From Flaccisagitta enflata (Eukaryota), in the NCBI GenBank assembly GCA_965153355.1, contig OZ231126.1, positions 43,028,001-43,092,000 on the forward strand: a stretch of 64,000 nucleotides of DNA. Direction: 5' to 3'. The position numbers and the translations under genes were made by a program. Below the pieces are notes generated by a model, which worked only from the letters and a program-made list of their open reading frames with translations, had not been told where the DNA came from and made no database searches. Within the stretch, counting starts at the first letter, position 1. Each line of letters starts with the position of its first letter. This document shows positions 14,989-31,628 of this stretch, piece after piece.

Positions 14989-15444
14989 ATGAAGCCGAAG
15001 TCCATCTGTCTGGCCGCCATTCTATCCGGCCTCATCGTCGTGGCGGCTGGCTGTCCTGTTGAAGGGGATCCCGACGCCCTCGACAACTATGACATCCTGC
15101 CGGATGTCAACACCACCTCATCGCCTCGCGACATCGCCACCTCCACTTCCGCCGCCATCGTCGCCACCACCACATCGACGTTGGCTAAAACGGCCGCCGC
15201 CTCAAATGGATCTGAAGACTCTTTAGACAAGGTTCTAAAGGTCCTTCAGATCCTTTTGGGTGCGGTGGCGTTTTTGTTCACCGTCGGTGTGTCTGTGTGG
15301 GCGGCAAAACGCGGTGAAGTGGTGGATTGGCAGAATGGATGGGCTGGGACGGTCGTGCGCGTCATCCTCTGTACAAGAGATGGCGTCGCTGCCTACCAAG
15401 AAGCAAGAGAAGCTCGCCGCGAGATCAGGGATCTAGTTCGCTAG
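14989..15444 (+). CDS. Small type-I membrane protein
   Basis: Signal-like MKPKSICLAAILSGLIVVAAG, Thr/Ala-rich stalk, TM segment ILLGAVAFLFTVGVSVWA, charged tail; GC-rich coding style. Confidence 0.6.
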   Translation: MKPKSICLAAILSGLIVVAAGCPVEGDPDALDNYDILPDVNTTSSPRDIATSTSAAIVATTTSTLAKTAAASNGSEDSLDKVLKVLQILLGAVAFLFTVGVSVWAAKRGEVVDWQNGWAGTVVRVILCTRDGVAAYQEAREARREIRDLVR

Positions 15445-15987
15445 ATACCCTGACTTGATATTTCTTAAGAGCCCTTTTAAGGGCTCGCCAATATTCTCAA
15501 AAGATATACCGAGATACAATGGTGTAAAAGTACAATTAAAAACAATACTGTGTCCTTTTCTTTTCATTATTACCATGTCAAGACAGACAGGTTTTACATA
15601 GCGGCTAGATATGGAATTACAAAGAGCAAAACAAATGCACAATAGCCAGTTTGAATGCCTAACGCAGAAATAAACCAGAAATCTCGACTTTAAATTTCCC
15701 TTTTCCCATTTCTCGATCTTTCAAGTTCCTTTTTTTCGATCCATGCTGAGATGAAGTTGAAGGTCGCATTTGTGGTATGGGTGGGGATGGGGGTTTTGTC
15801 ATGGGGGGTGGGTGGAAAAGAAATGGATATAAAAGAAAGGAAGAAAGAAAGAGGGAAAAATAGAGAAAGAGGCAGAGAGGGAAAGAGAGAAAGACAGAGG
15901 GACAGAGAGAGGGTATGAAAAGAGACAGAGAGACACAAAGAAAGGCAGAGACAGAAAGAAAGAGAGACGGAGAGACAGAAAGAAAAT

Positions 15988-16066
<79 letters not shown>

Positions 16067-16121
16067 AGATGGAGAAAGGCAGAGACAGCCAGAAAGAGAG
16101 ACGGAGAGACAGAAAGAAAAT

Positions 16122-16183
<62 letters not shown>

Positions 16184-16230
16184 TAAAGACAGGCAAAGAC
16201 AGCCAGAAAGAGAGACGGATAGACAGAAAG

Positions 16231-16350
<120 letters not shown>

Positions 16351-17029
16351 CTATATAACGCCATCACATTCAAATTTTTACATTTTCCGCGTAAACTTGC
16401 GCGCTTTGTCGTGGACACTCAATATTTTTTTTTAATTTAGATAATTTATTCATGAAATCTGTATATAAGAGTAAGTTTGCCGGTCTGAGATCATTATTGT
16501 GTCGTCTTAAATTTTTGCTTTTTGCGCTCCTCGCCCTCTCTCTCTCTCTCAATCTCTCTCTCTCTGTCCTTTCTTTCGCTTTTCTTGCTGAATTTTGCAT
16601 TTTTGATTTAATCAAGTAAAAGTACATCGTACTTTTTTAGTTGGGCACATGTGACTCCATGCTCCCACTTCCTTGTTGGCACGCTCCGTCCGCTCCATCC
16701 TTCTGTCGGTCCATCTGTCGTTGGTTTGACTGTCCATCTACCATACTTAACTTTTCCCGTGTTTTTGCGGGTTTTGGCCTCACTGCTCCTATCAAAACGA
16801 TTGCCTAATTTTTTTCACTGCTCAAATAGAGATGTTTTTTTTTATACTGCCTATATGTCATCGTTTGCGCATTTGTTCTATTTCAAATGCAACAAAGCAC
16901 CTCTATAAGTTGGTTGGTCGGTCTGTCTAGTGTCGGTTTGATCAATGATATGGTAGGGTATTTATTAGAGATTCACATGTTATCCCCTATTGGCCTATTT
17001 GGCCTCATTTACAGTGATTTGAAACAATA

Positions 17030-21671
<4,642 letters not shown>

Positions 21672-21703
21672 TGTCATTTCTCTCTCCCCTTCTTTTTCCC
21701 AAT

Positions 21704-21751
<48 letters not shown>

Positions 21752-22052
21752 CCGTTTCTTTCTGTTTACACAGTTGGAGAAAACAACAAAAAGGGGAAGA
21801 ATTAATGCGTTCGTCAGATGCTATCATTTGTAACATACGGTTCAAAAAAAAAATTTCACGTTAAAATTGTAAAAGCAAAAATTAGGACTTAAAGTTCCTA
21901 ATTTCTGTTTTCCTTTCAAGTTTCACATTTTCAATTTTCAAATTTTTAGGTCCAGATTTAAAAACATAATTTGCTTTTAAAAACATTGGGTAAATCATTG
22001 GGATAAACATTGGGAAAAACATTTAAAAAGACATTGTGAAAATCCATTTGTC

Positions 22053-23514
22053 ATGGATGGGAGTGAAGAATATATGCAAAGCCCAGAGGATTTGGGCATG
22101 GAGATGGACGAAGAGGACAGGACGAAGAGGCCGAAGAGGCGTGCGAAATCCCAGTTCCTGATGACTGGCCCAGCAAATGGCCAATAGAATTGATCAACCA
22201 CCCGGTCGAGCTTGGAGATCGAATAATAACCGTGGCAAATCTTCCAACTCCACCAAAGGTTAGTTTTATGCCTCATTTGTGGTATGTCTGCCTGCCCGTT
22301 TGACTGTCTATCTGCCTTACCATTTCATGCATGCCTGTCTGTCTATCTGTCTGCCTACCCGTCTGCCTGCATGCCTGCATGCCTGCTTGCTTCTCTAACT
22401 GTCAAAGTGTGTGCATGCCTGCCTGTGTGCCTGTGTGCGTGTGTGCCTGTGTGCCTGTCTGCCTGTTTGTCTACATGTTTTCCTACCTGGGTGCCTACTT
22501 CTTTTTGCCTGCTTTGTTTACGCTTTTCCTTTACATTTGTTAAATGAGTTTTTTGTTTTTTATTTACATCTCAGATTACACATCTTGTCCTACATCAAAC
22601 TCAAATTGTGAAGCTTTTTGGGGACATCAACTACAGGGAATTCAAGGCTCGCTATTTAGAAAACGACGAACACTTCATATACTTTCGTCACTCGCGGTTA
22701 GTTACATGAATTAGAATGGCATAAATGGTACAATAAATAACGGACTAACAAAGCCTCTCATAAAGTTGTGTACTCAGAATTTTAAAAATACCTCCATCTG
22801 TTCATGTTTCCAGAGACATCCCTCTGGCTCAACTTCTCTCGGATGACCTCCTCTCTCATTTCCACATCATTAAAGTGATGCGCCTTGGAAACAAAACGAA
22901 AGAGGATTGGCGCTGTACTTTGAAAAAATGGGTCCAAGATCCGACGAAGGACCGAGACGTCGAGGATCTTCTTTCGACCATAACAGCCCTTGACGATAAA
23001 GATTTGGACCGCATTGCCCGCGCTTTGGTCCATCCGTGCGACTTTGTGTCGCAACCGTCGCCAATAACACAAGCACGGGTCATGCTTTTGGAATGACAGA
23101 AGGCCGCGACCGATTTGGCCAGGTATTTCATTTATGTAGAGTGATAAAAACACGTGTTAAACAATCTACATATTCACCAACCTACTATTTTATGTCTACA
23201 ATAATACTGCTAAAATTATCTCCCCATTTATTCTCCAGATGAAGGGTCAAGGCACTCGACTGGATAAGAAGCCACGCCCAGCCCCTCCTCTACTACATTG
23301 CATCAAAAACGCCATTGAGTTTCGTCCCCAAACCAGAGCGGAATGGCACTCTTGCCAAGATGTCCTCATCAATACGCCAACAAAAATCGGCAACAGCGCC
23401 ACCAAATCATCCTCTCCGACGTTGATCCTGAACAATGGAGAATCTTTACAGGCGCCGAAATCTCTTGAATTTGGAGGTACGTTTGTTTGTTTGTTTGTCT
23501 TTTATTTTCATTGT

Positions 23515-23582
<68 letters not shown>

Positions 23583-23634
23583 AGTACAAGAACTAGGTAT
23601 AGGCTATAATTTTTTGATGGAAATTTCTTTCTTC

Positions 23635-23670
<36 letters not shown>

Positions 23671-23673
23671 TTT

Positions 23674-23733
<60 letters not shown>

Positions 23734-23749
23734 TCCTTCTTTCTTTCTG

Positions 23750-23816
<67 letters not shown>

Positions 23817-24903
23817 AATTATCATAGTAACACATTTAAACTTCTTTTTTTTTTCACAGACGAAACCGTCTCCTATGTCCTTGATCAAGCCGAAAAAAAG
23901 AGACACATCAACAATCAACTGATGTTGTTTCTTATCAATCATCACAACCCGGATTCAGCATGCCACTTCTTCAGTCTACTGTCAAGCAGTGACAAATGGA
24001 ATCTGTTCACTGTCTTAGGTAAATATCCCATTTTTACTTGCAAATATGCAACTCTATAAGAGGCTGTCCGTCTGGGCCCGTCTATTGATTAGTCAGTCCG
24101 CAGATGACCAATTTATGGCACAAACGCACATTCCCTCTCTGCCCTGCTGCCTGCCCTGCCCTCTCACCTCCCATGCCCTCCCCATGCCCTGTTATCCTGC
24201 CATGCCCTGCCTTCTGCCCAGGCCAAACACTCATATTGCCATTTCATTACCATTGCTCAGGTGCCAGTTGGATGTCCATGACTCGAAATCTCGTGGATAT
24301 TTATCAAGAACAGAAACTTGCCGCTGACAATCTCAAATCATGGTCCTACAAAAACTTCAAGAGGTATAAATTGTATTTCCATGATAAATAAACCACTCAT
24401 CTGTATCGTGCTATGTCAATCGGTCCGTTGGTCGGTCTCTGTTTTTGAATCCAAATGGGCTTTGCATTAGTGTCCCTACCAACCATCCAAATCTGGTTTG
24501 CCATGTACCTGGCATTGTTTACTTCCCATTTTTTTTTGTCATTTCAATTATTAGGCATAAACACATCATCGAGGCCAACGACAAGGCCAAAAGGGCGCAC
24601 AAGCGCGATTGGGAAAGGAACAGAGAAGCCGGGCGAGTCCGGGGCAACTACGAACCGCTGCAAACCACTTTCGACTTGGCGGTTCGTTGGTTGGCCAACT
24701 TCTTGCGGAAACATCATTTCGATATCAAGAAATTTCTACGTTTCGTCCACAACTTCCTCGACTTCTCAGGAGTGAATAACGACCCATCATTGGCCAAGCG
24801 TAACTGCGCGTTCTTCTATGGGAGTTCCAATTCTGGGGTATGAAAAACAAACAAACAAACAAACAAACATAAAACAAACAAACAAATACATGATGTAGAA
24901 ATA

Positions 24904-24955
<52 letters not shown>

Positions 24956-26404
24956 ACGAAAGAAAGAACAAAGAAAAAAGGCAAAATAGAAGAGCTAAAA
25001 CCTAAGTACACGTTCATAATTATTTTTTTCCCTGATTTTTTTTCTTTCATTCCAACCCATCCATATCACTGCCCCTGCCCATCCATTTCCCTATAGAAAA
25101 GCTTCCTCAGCAAATGTCTCCTTGAGAGCATTTATCTTTGTTATCCAAATCATGAAAGGTGAGTTATTGATCAATCAAATCTTCACATATTCTCAAATTG
25201 AAGTACCCTCCCCTGCCCATTGTGCCGTACCCACCCCGGCCCATCATGTCGTTAATCCCAGATCACTATACAAATTTTTTTTTCTTCTTCTTATTTTCAG
25301 CGTTAACTTTTTCCTTGAGCGACTGGACGAACTGTGTCATATCGTCTTTGCCGAGGTTAGTTTATTGCTTTTCTTTTTTTTTTACTATTAGCTCTTAGCC
25401 TTAGCCTTAGCCTTAGCCTTAGCCTTAGCCTTAGCCTTAACCTTTAGCTGTTACTCATGCTTTATGCTTCTGCTTATGCTTTCAAATCTTATGCTACGGA
25501 CAGACTCACAGCCCTAACAACCAACATGGTAAAATATACAGTCGCATGTCCGTAATCAAAAATCATTACTACCATTGCCCATGCCCATGTAATTATAAAT
25601 GTAACCCCGCGTCCCTTCCCTTAGGAGCTCAAGACGGGTTTTTTGCCGATTTCTTCGCTCAAGCTCATGTTTGAAGGTTCTCCCACGGTAATAAACAAAA
25701 AAGGGAAATCGGCGTCGATGAGAACCACCCCCTACCGCATTTGGGTGACATCCAATGACTAATTAAGTTCCTACGTGCCCTCAGGGGACCAAAGAAACCT
25801 CAACGCTATGCGTTCAAGGTAATTATTTCATAATATGCACAATAGAAGTTACGTCACACATTCAGACGGACGGATGGACAAATTAAACGGATGGCACTTA
25901 TATGCATTTCATATACAATCTCCCTTACTCATTGACCTGTACCAAATGTCACCCAGCATTACTTTACAGATGTTTCGAGTTCCAAATGTCTACCCCCGTG
26001 GTCACGGAAACTATGGAGCAAATCGAGGCCGCGACCCCTCAACAAATTGCACGGCTCAAGACAAAATACGAAATACCCCCAAACCGGCCTTTCAGGTAAT
26101 TATTTTAGGCTACACGGCTCCTGAAGTCGCATGTGGTGGGCAGGGACAGCGATAAAAGAGGCAAACCGTTCATAACATCAATTACATCTAAAGCTTACCG
26201 ATGGACCAACCAACCAACGGACATAGCAGGTTGTAGAGTCGCGTGCATGCGACCAAAAAGAGCTCTTTTCTGCATCATTTGTTATCAATTTAAGCGCCCC
26301 CCCCCTATCCTTTCCTCTTATACAGCTACATTTTGCCAGCGCCAATCGTAATCACCCCTGCCCACTGGGTCGGGCGTTTTGCTTCGTCACTTCAATTTAA
26401 ATGA
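22053..26404 (+). pseudogene. Parvovirus NS1/Rep-like protein (possible HUH domain plus SF3 helicase), 12 exons
   Basis: Exons 22053-22258, 22575-22696, 22814-23122, 23239-23476, 23860-24018, 24261-24363, 24555-24837, 25097-25158, 25301-25355, 25625-25818, 25970-26095, 26326-26404, all GT-AG. The spliced protein has KRNCAFFYGSSNSG/KS (Walker A), IVFAE/E (Walker B), KLMFEGSPTVINKKGK (B'), IWVTSN (C) and AMRSR/CFEF (Arg finger). HFHII lies at 22857. Lesions: frameshifts in exons 1 and 3, TAA at 25760-25762. Confidence 0.8.
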
Positions 26405-26920
26405 CTGTCCTGATCCTGGCATTCCCTGGCAAGACACGATCCAGGATCTGCCCTGAAATCAAATCCCGTAACCCCGGGCGACACACAGTCAAAAATTGAC
26501 TTATTGGGCACTGTTTTAGCTTCTTCATGGTTATCCCTGGACAAGATAACTTTTGCATCTTCCAAGCTTGACATTGTCTGAATTGCAGTCCCTCAACGAC
26601 TCATTAGTTACTTTATTCATCCATTTCCTTTGTTCTTTTGTCGTTGGCCCAAATACACAATCTTTTGTCATTGGCCCAAAATGTGTCATTGTCATTTATT
26701 TTGCTTTGCTCGTTCATATTATTGTCACGATCGCTTTACCTAATTTCAATAAATAAAATAAATATCAATAAATAGATTTAAATTAACAGAGTTTTTCATT
26801 CAACTGATCATAACTGTACATGTGGATGTTTGACAAAAACTCATCAGTGCTACCACTGCACTTTATGAAATACTCATTTTTATAGCTATTGAATACGTGA
26901 CAGTTTGCTGACTGAGGTCA

Positions 26921-29900
26921 TTACTGATACATTTCAAGAAACTCCAATCTCACAGGAAAATCAAGACCATTAGACATGTAATTAATGCAGCACGTACGTT
27001 GTTTAAACATATCACCATTAACTAACGTATACAAATACTCTTTTTCGTGTTCCAGACACACACCCAAAGCGATAAAAAACTTTTTTTTCCATTTAAAATA
27101 CCTATTAGCTTCCTCTGTATTCATAGTTACTTTTAAATGGTGATCTAGCAATACACTAGTTAATGTACTAGAACATAGTGTTTCTGGGGTGAAAGCTCGG
27201 TTAAACATAGTTAAAAAACCATCGGTGTTAAAACGTACTGCTTCTCCAAGAAAATAAAAATTCCACGTCAAAAAAAAGTTCATAAATATCGAGATTCCAT
27301 TTGATATTATGGCCATATGCAATTGTTTAAGGTTACAAATTCTCGATGAACTTGCAAAATGGAAAAGTCTTTTCTCTGCATTGACCTGAGTGCCATGAGA
27401 GAGATTATGCAGATCCTGTATGCTTTTTATATCGTTTTCATTCATTAGATAGCTATTTTTATGCTTGTGTCCAGATATGCCAAACGCTCCAATAGCAGAA
27501 TTCAAACTTCCTTTGAGTATTTGAATAAACCCAGTGCATTGCTTATAATTCTTAAAAGCGTTAAACACTGGCGCCTCCAGTGTATGAAAGGGGTTTAATG
27601 CTGAGACGCGGTATTCAATGATTTCAGTGATAGCAGTAATTGAGAAATCACTGGTTAAACCATTGGTTAGCATTTCCCTCAAAATCAGAGTTGAGACAAT
27701 TTTGTCCTCCACGTCATAACTAGTCTGTGAAATACCATCTTTTTTGTAAAAAAAAGGTTTCAAAACACCTAAGTTATGCCTTGTTTTGTCTCCTGCAACT
27801 GTGGTGCATTTCACAAAGCCATTCAAATCTCCATGTTTGATTGCAGTTATCACTTTATCATGAGTCAATGCTCCATATCTTAGCATAGGGAAATTTTGCA
27901 TGGTTATCTGCTCCACAAGTGTTGATAACTGTATATCACGACAGTCGAATTTACATGGCAGTTTTAGACTGTCCATAAATGCTCCAGTACTTTTATGCCA
28001 AAAACGCAGCACGTGGCATTCGGATACGCTTACAATTCTTTTTCCGCTTCTTTTATACATAAGTGCCGCCTTTTCTAACGTGTTTTTGTAATCCTCATCA
28101 TAGGTAACGTTTTTCTTCAGAGCGTGGACCGAATCTCTTTGTTCATTTGTTTTCATTTTCCAGAGTCGAGGCTTTAAGAATTTCAAGTGGGCGCTGCCAT
28201 CGCCAACCATTTCCTCAGTTTTGCATGCGTCACAGTGCAGTTTGTGACCTTTCATCACATTAGCTTCACTCGAATGGCATATTTTTGGGCAACTATGCCA
28301 TATACACCCGTCGGCTTCATAGAACACCTCGTTCCCTTCGATTTTGAGAATAGCATCGAATAGCATCCCGTATCTCATTTTTTCTTGACCATTTAAGTGA
28401 GATATTGAAAACAGAGCGTCACAACAAAACTCTATAACGCCTAAAATCATGTTAGAAAATGTGTGACGCTTTCGACTCCGTTTTGTGACATATGTTGTTC
28501 CTTTTCTCACGTACATGTGCGGCAGTCCGACCAACATCCAATTAGCATTTTTTTTCAATACTAAATGGCCATAAAACTTCTCGAAATCCACATTCATTGC
28601 TCCTTTCATAAATCCTTGATCATGACAAATGCTTTTTTTGGCATTTAATACTCCGTATGAAACAAATGTTTCGTGTATTTCATGAGAAAAAGCCAAGGGC
28701 GGGGAAAACAGGGCGTTTCTCCTGCCTTCGTCTAATGTACTGGCCATCAAATGCCTACCGATCTGAGTTAAATTTCTTTGACCCACAATATTCAGTCCAA
28801 ATTCACTTTTGAACAAACTCACAGTATCCTTGAAATGTGCCAACATGTCTGGAGTCGCTCTATTCCCTTGAAATGTTGCTCCGAATTTATTTAACAGTAT
28901 AAAATTCAGAGGAAATTGGTCTACAGCGACAAATTGTAGCACATTTTGATCGAACTTGACATGTATGGTTTCACATTCTCGATCATTGCTGAGCTTTGAC
29001 AACAATTCAAACATAAAATTGCTCACTATTTTGGGGTCTTCCTGCCCAACTGACAGATAAATGTCATATTTGCTCAAATATTTGACAATTTCAGTTTTTA
29101 CCATCTGCAGATGCTTCAGTTTGCTCCTATCGATTGCTTCCGGGTCGCAGTTTTCATAACTGCTCAATGCTGTTTCTATTTTTTGTAGTGAGTCAAAGTG
29201 CAACACTAATCTTTCGCCTAACACCCATATGGCACATTTTGCTAAGAATTTTATGATGAATGAAGCACAGTCCCCTAAACTTTCAAATCTCCTTGACATC
29301 ATCATTTGATCAGTGCCTTTCAAATCAATCTGCATTGTCAAACTCACTGACGAGTCCTTTTCAACATTAATTAAGCAATGAGTGTACTTGGTATCCTTGC
29401 AAATGCTCAAATGTTCAAAATCAGCCGTTTCTGACACAATTTTTTCCGCGGAATAGGGAAAATTCACTTGCTTCTCGGCAACAAAGCGTTTTTTTTCGCA
29501 TACTTTGAACTTTTGATGATATTCTAACCATTGTATACGAGAAAAACACCTTGTGCACTTTGAACATACAAATTTTTGGGAATATTTCTGTAAATTTAGC
29601 ACTGTCTGCACGTGATTTTCATTTTTGGTTAACAGATAAATGAATTTCCCGTAGTCATTGTTTGACACATTCTTTGAAGAGAAGTATCTTTGATATTTTG
29701 TAGTTTTTAATACTGTGTCATTGGCAACCTTTCTCATATTCATGGTTTTTTCACTTAGCAAAATTATGGAATGACCTAAGAATTTTTCCAATTCGCCTAA
29801 GTATCTTTCTGGTAATCCCAAATGACCAATTTTCTCTGAAAGAATGTCCTTTTCCTTTCCTCTTTTTTTCAGCCATGCCAAAAACTTTTTCTTTAACTTT

Positions 29901-30682
29901 TTTGCTCTTTGTCTGTGAACTCTTGTTCTTTGCCCTTGTCCTTTTCCTTTCCCCATTTCTGAACTCCTCCTTTTTGCATTTCCACATTTGTCCACGTCAA
30001 AAATACTGCTTAATGCAAGCCACACACATGCATTGCTGTCACAACTACCATCGGTACATTTATGCTCACTTAAACATCTTCCATTGTTGCCAAATATCTT
30101 GGAGGGCACACTTGTTAGATGAAATGTCAGTGAAAGCGGGGCCAAAAAGCTGTCACTATATTTACTGCTTAAACTCGATAAACTTGCTAACATGGCTTGA
30201 TGTAAATCCTCATTTTTGAGAATGACATCAATGAAATGGTTAAATGATTGAATGTCATGTATGAGATAGGATTGGCCTAAAATCCCACAATTACTGCGGG
30301 AAGCCCAAATGAAGTTACTAGGCCCTCCAGTAGTTGAGATAATCGCCATGTTTGGACTAAACTGAATTCTTACTGATCTCCTTAATCTGACATAATAGTG
30401 GTATAAAACCCCTCTCACAAATTCTATGAGGTAGTTTGACACATGGAGGGGGGACGGCCACCAGTTACGGACATGGGCATCACTTAGCGGTCGATTACTT
30501 GCCAGACGAAAATTAAATTCGCTCACCATCATGTTGGGATTAACTGTGATCTGATTTCTTACAGTGTTCCAGTTGGCTTCAACAACTCTTCTTAATTCAT
30601 CACAATAGTCATTTCCAGCGACAGTACTGTCCAAATCCCTAACTATTGCATTGTTTATTTCAGCATAACTTAGACCACTCAT
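26921..30682 (-). CDS. Divergent protein-primed family-B DNA polymerase (Polinton type), 1253 aa
   Basis: N-terminal CVWLAL block and C2H2-like CSKC..F...LEYH...C; insert FDAIL..FYEADGCIWHSCPKIC; motif A-like VDFEKFYG (~28571-28591); motif B-like KGSLNSAIGAFG (~27488-27514); motif C-like FNTDG (~27219-27233). A probable C-terminal remnant with IKCSG continues past the stop toward ~26760. Confidence 0.8.
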   Translation of the reverse strand: MSGLSYAEINNAIVRDLDSTVAGNDYCDELRRVVEANWNTVRNQITVNPNMMVSEFNFRLASNRPLSDAHVRNWWPSPLHVSNYLIEFVRGVLYHYYVRLRRSVRIQFSPNMAIISTTGGPSNFIWASRSNCGILGQSYLIHDIQSFNHFIDVILKNEDLHQAMLASLSSLSSKYSDSFLAPLSLTFHLTSVPSKIFGNNGRCLSEHKCTDGSCDSNACVWLALSSIFDVDKCGNAKRRSSEMGKGKGQGQRTRVHRQRAKKLKKKFLAWLKKRGKEKDILSEKIGHLGLPERYLGELEKFLGHSIILLSEKTMNMRKVANDTVLKTTKYQRYFSSKNVSNNDYGKFIYLLTKNENHVQTVLNLQKYSQKFVCSKCTRCFSRIQWLEYHQKFKVCEKKRFVAEKQVNFPYSAEKIVSETADFEHLSICKDTKYTHCLINVEKDSSVSLTMQIDLKGTDQMMMSRRFESLGDCASFIIKFLAKCAIWVLGERLVLHFDSLQKIETALSSYENCDPEAIDRSKLKHLQMVKTEIVKYLSKYDIYLSVGQEDPKIVSNFMFELLSKLSNDRECETIHVKFDQNVLQFVAVDQFPLNFILLNKFGATFQGNRATPDMLAHFKDTVSLFKSEFGLNIVGQRNLTQIGRHLMASTLDEGRRNALFSPPLAFSHEIHETFVSYGVLNAKKSICHDQGFMKGAMNVDFEKFYGHLVLKKNANWMLVGLPHMYVRKGTTYVTKRSRKRHTFSNMILGVIEFCCDALFSISHLNGQEKMRYGMLFDAILKIEGNEVFYEADGCIWHSCPKICHSSEANVMKGHKLHCDACKTEEMVGDGSAHLKFLKPRLWKMKTNEQRDSVHALKKNVTYDEDYKNTLEKAALMYKRSGKRIVSVSECHVLRFWHKSTGAFMDSLKLPCKFDCRDIQLSTLVEQITMQNFPMLRYGALTHDKVITAIKHGDLNGFVKCTTVAGDKTRHNLGVLKPFFYKKDGISQTSYDVEDKIVSTLILREMLTNGLTSDFSITAITEIIEYRVSALNPFHTLEAPVFNAFKNYKQCTGFIQILKGSLNSAIGAFGISGHKHKNSYLMNENDIKSIQDLHNLSHGTQVNAEKRLFHFASSSRICNLKQLHMAIISNGISIFMNFFLTWNFYFLGEAVRFNTDGFLTMFNRAFTPETLCSSTLTSVLLDHHLKVTMNTEEANRYFKWKKKFFIALGVCLEHEKEYLYTLVNGDMFKQRTCCINYMSNGLDFPVRLEFLEMYQ

Positions 30683-31181
30683 TGTTGGTGTTGAGTTCGG
30701 CCTCTCACTTTAAGTTTATCTGGAAACGTCACTCTCCGCATTCGAGGCAGTGGTGCCACGCTGACACTATTTCCACTCCTACATTTTCCAATTCCATGCA
30801 ACGCAAAGGACAAGAGCAGGTGATTGCCGCAGTTTCTGTACCACTGATAAATGTCTTTTAAATGTGTGACCATTTTTTTTGTAATTTTCTATAACAAATA
30901 GTTAATTAATAACATTCATTATTCAGCTAAAATCACGATCCATAGCATAATCATTTTTTTTTACTAATTTTCATTATGCAAAACTAATGTAAAACACTGT
31001 ATTTTAAGTGCGGTGCAGCATGACAGGGCGCAGTAGTTGATGATTTAAACTGATGATATGGTCTCTGTCTTTTCATGGCAATAGTTATTATTCATAAATA
31101 ACCCTCAAATCATCGGAACTTTCTTCGTCTTTCGTACATAGAATTGTCGCCAAAAGATTTCCTATAGAGTAGAAAATCATT

Positions 31182-31430
31182 TTACTTTGATTTCAGCCTT
31201 CTCTTGGCCATCACTACTAAACGACTCGGAATTCCATCGCACCCAGAGCTCCGGCGTCTCCTTCTTCTTCTTCTCGACTTTGTCGCCGACAAAAGCCCAC
31301 GTTTTCTCCTTCGTCCTCGCTTCGACCTTCGAGATTTTCGTCGTCTGCGTCGTCTCTTTCGCCTTCGCGGTCCATGGAGAGTTTCGTCTCGCACACATTG
31401 TCCTTTCTTATTTCTCCGTGCCTTAGCCAT
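31182..31430 (-). CDS. Arginine-rich protamine-like protein, candidate virion core protein
   Basis: MAKARRNKKG..PRRRKRRRRRRKSRRSKRGRRRKRG..SRRRRRRRRS uses mixed codons, so it is not a simple microsatellite. It lies directly downstream of the MCP gene. Confidence 0.55.
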   Translation of the reverse strand: MAKARRNKKGQCVRDETLHGPRRRKRRRRRRKSRRSKRGRRRKRGLLSATKSRRRRRRRRSSGCDGIPSRLVVMAKRRLKSK

Positions 31431-31564
31431 CTCAGGTAACTGGTAAAGCAAAACTAAACAAAAACAAATTTCATTACATCTACTATCTGTACAAAATTCA
31501 CAATGCAGCTTTACAAATCATAGGCAAATGGGGGGGGGGGGATGCATATCAATCTAAGTGACTC

Positions 31565-31604
<40 letters not shown>

Positions 31605-31628
31605 ACTCTCTCTCTCTATCATAAACGT

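Noticed and set aside
25395-25440. (TTAGCC)n as a telomeric repeat
   Set aside because: It is not a rotation or complement of TTAGG, TTAGGG or TTAGGC; it is a short intronic tract.
22053-26404. NS1-like gene as a Helitron RepHel
   Set aside because: The helicase motifs are SF3 (A, B, B', C), not the Pif1/SF1 type of Helitrons.
30679-30873. Small ORF with NCG as the adenain protease
   Set aside because: No catalytic His/Asp region was found upstream, and it is too short.
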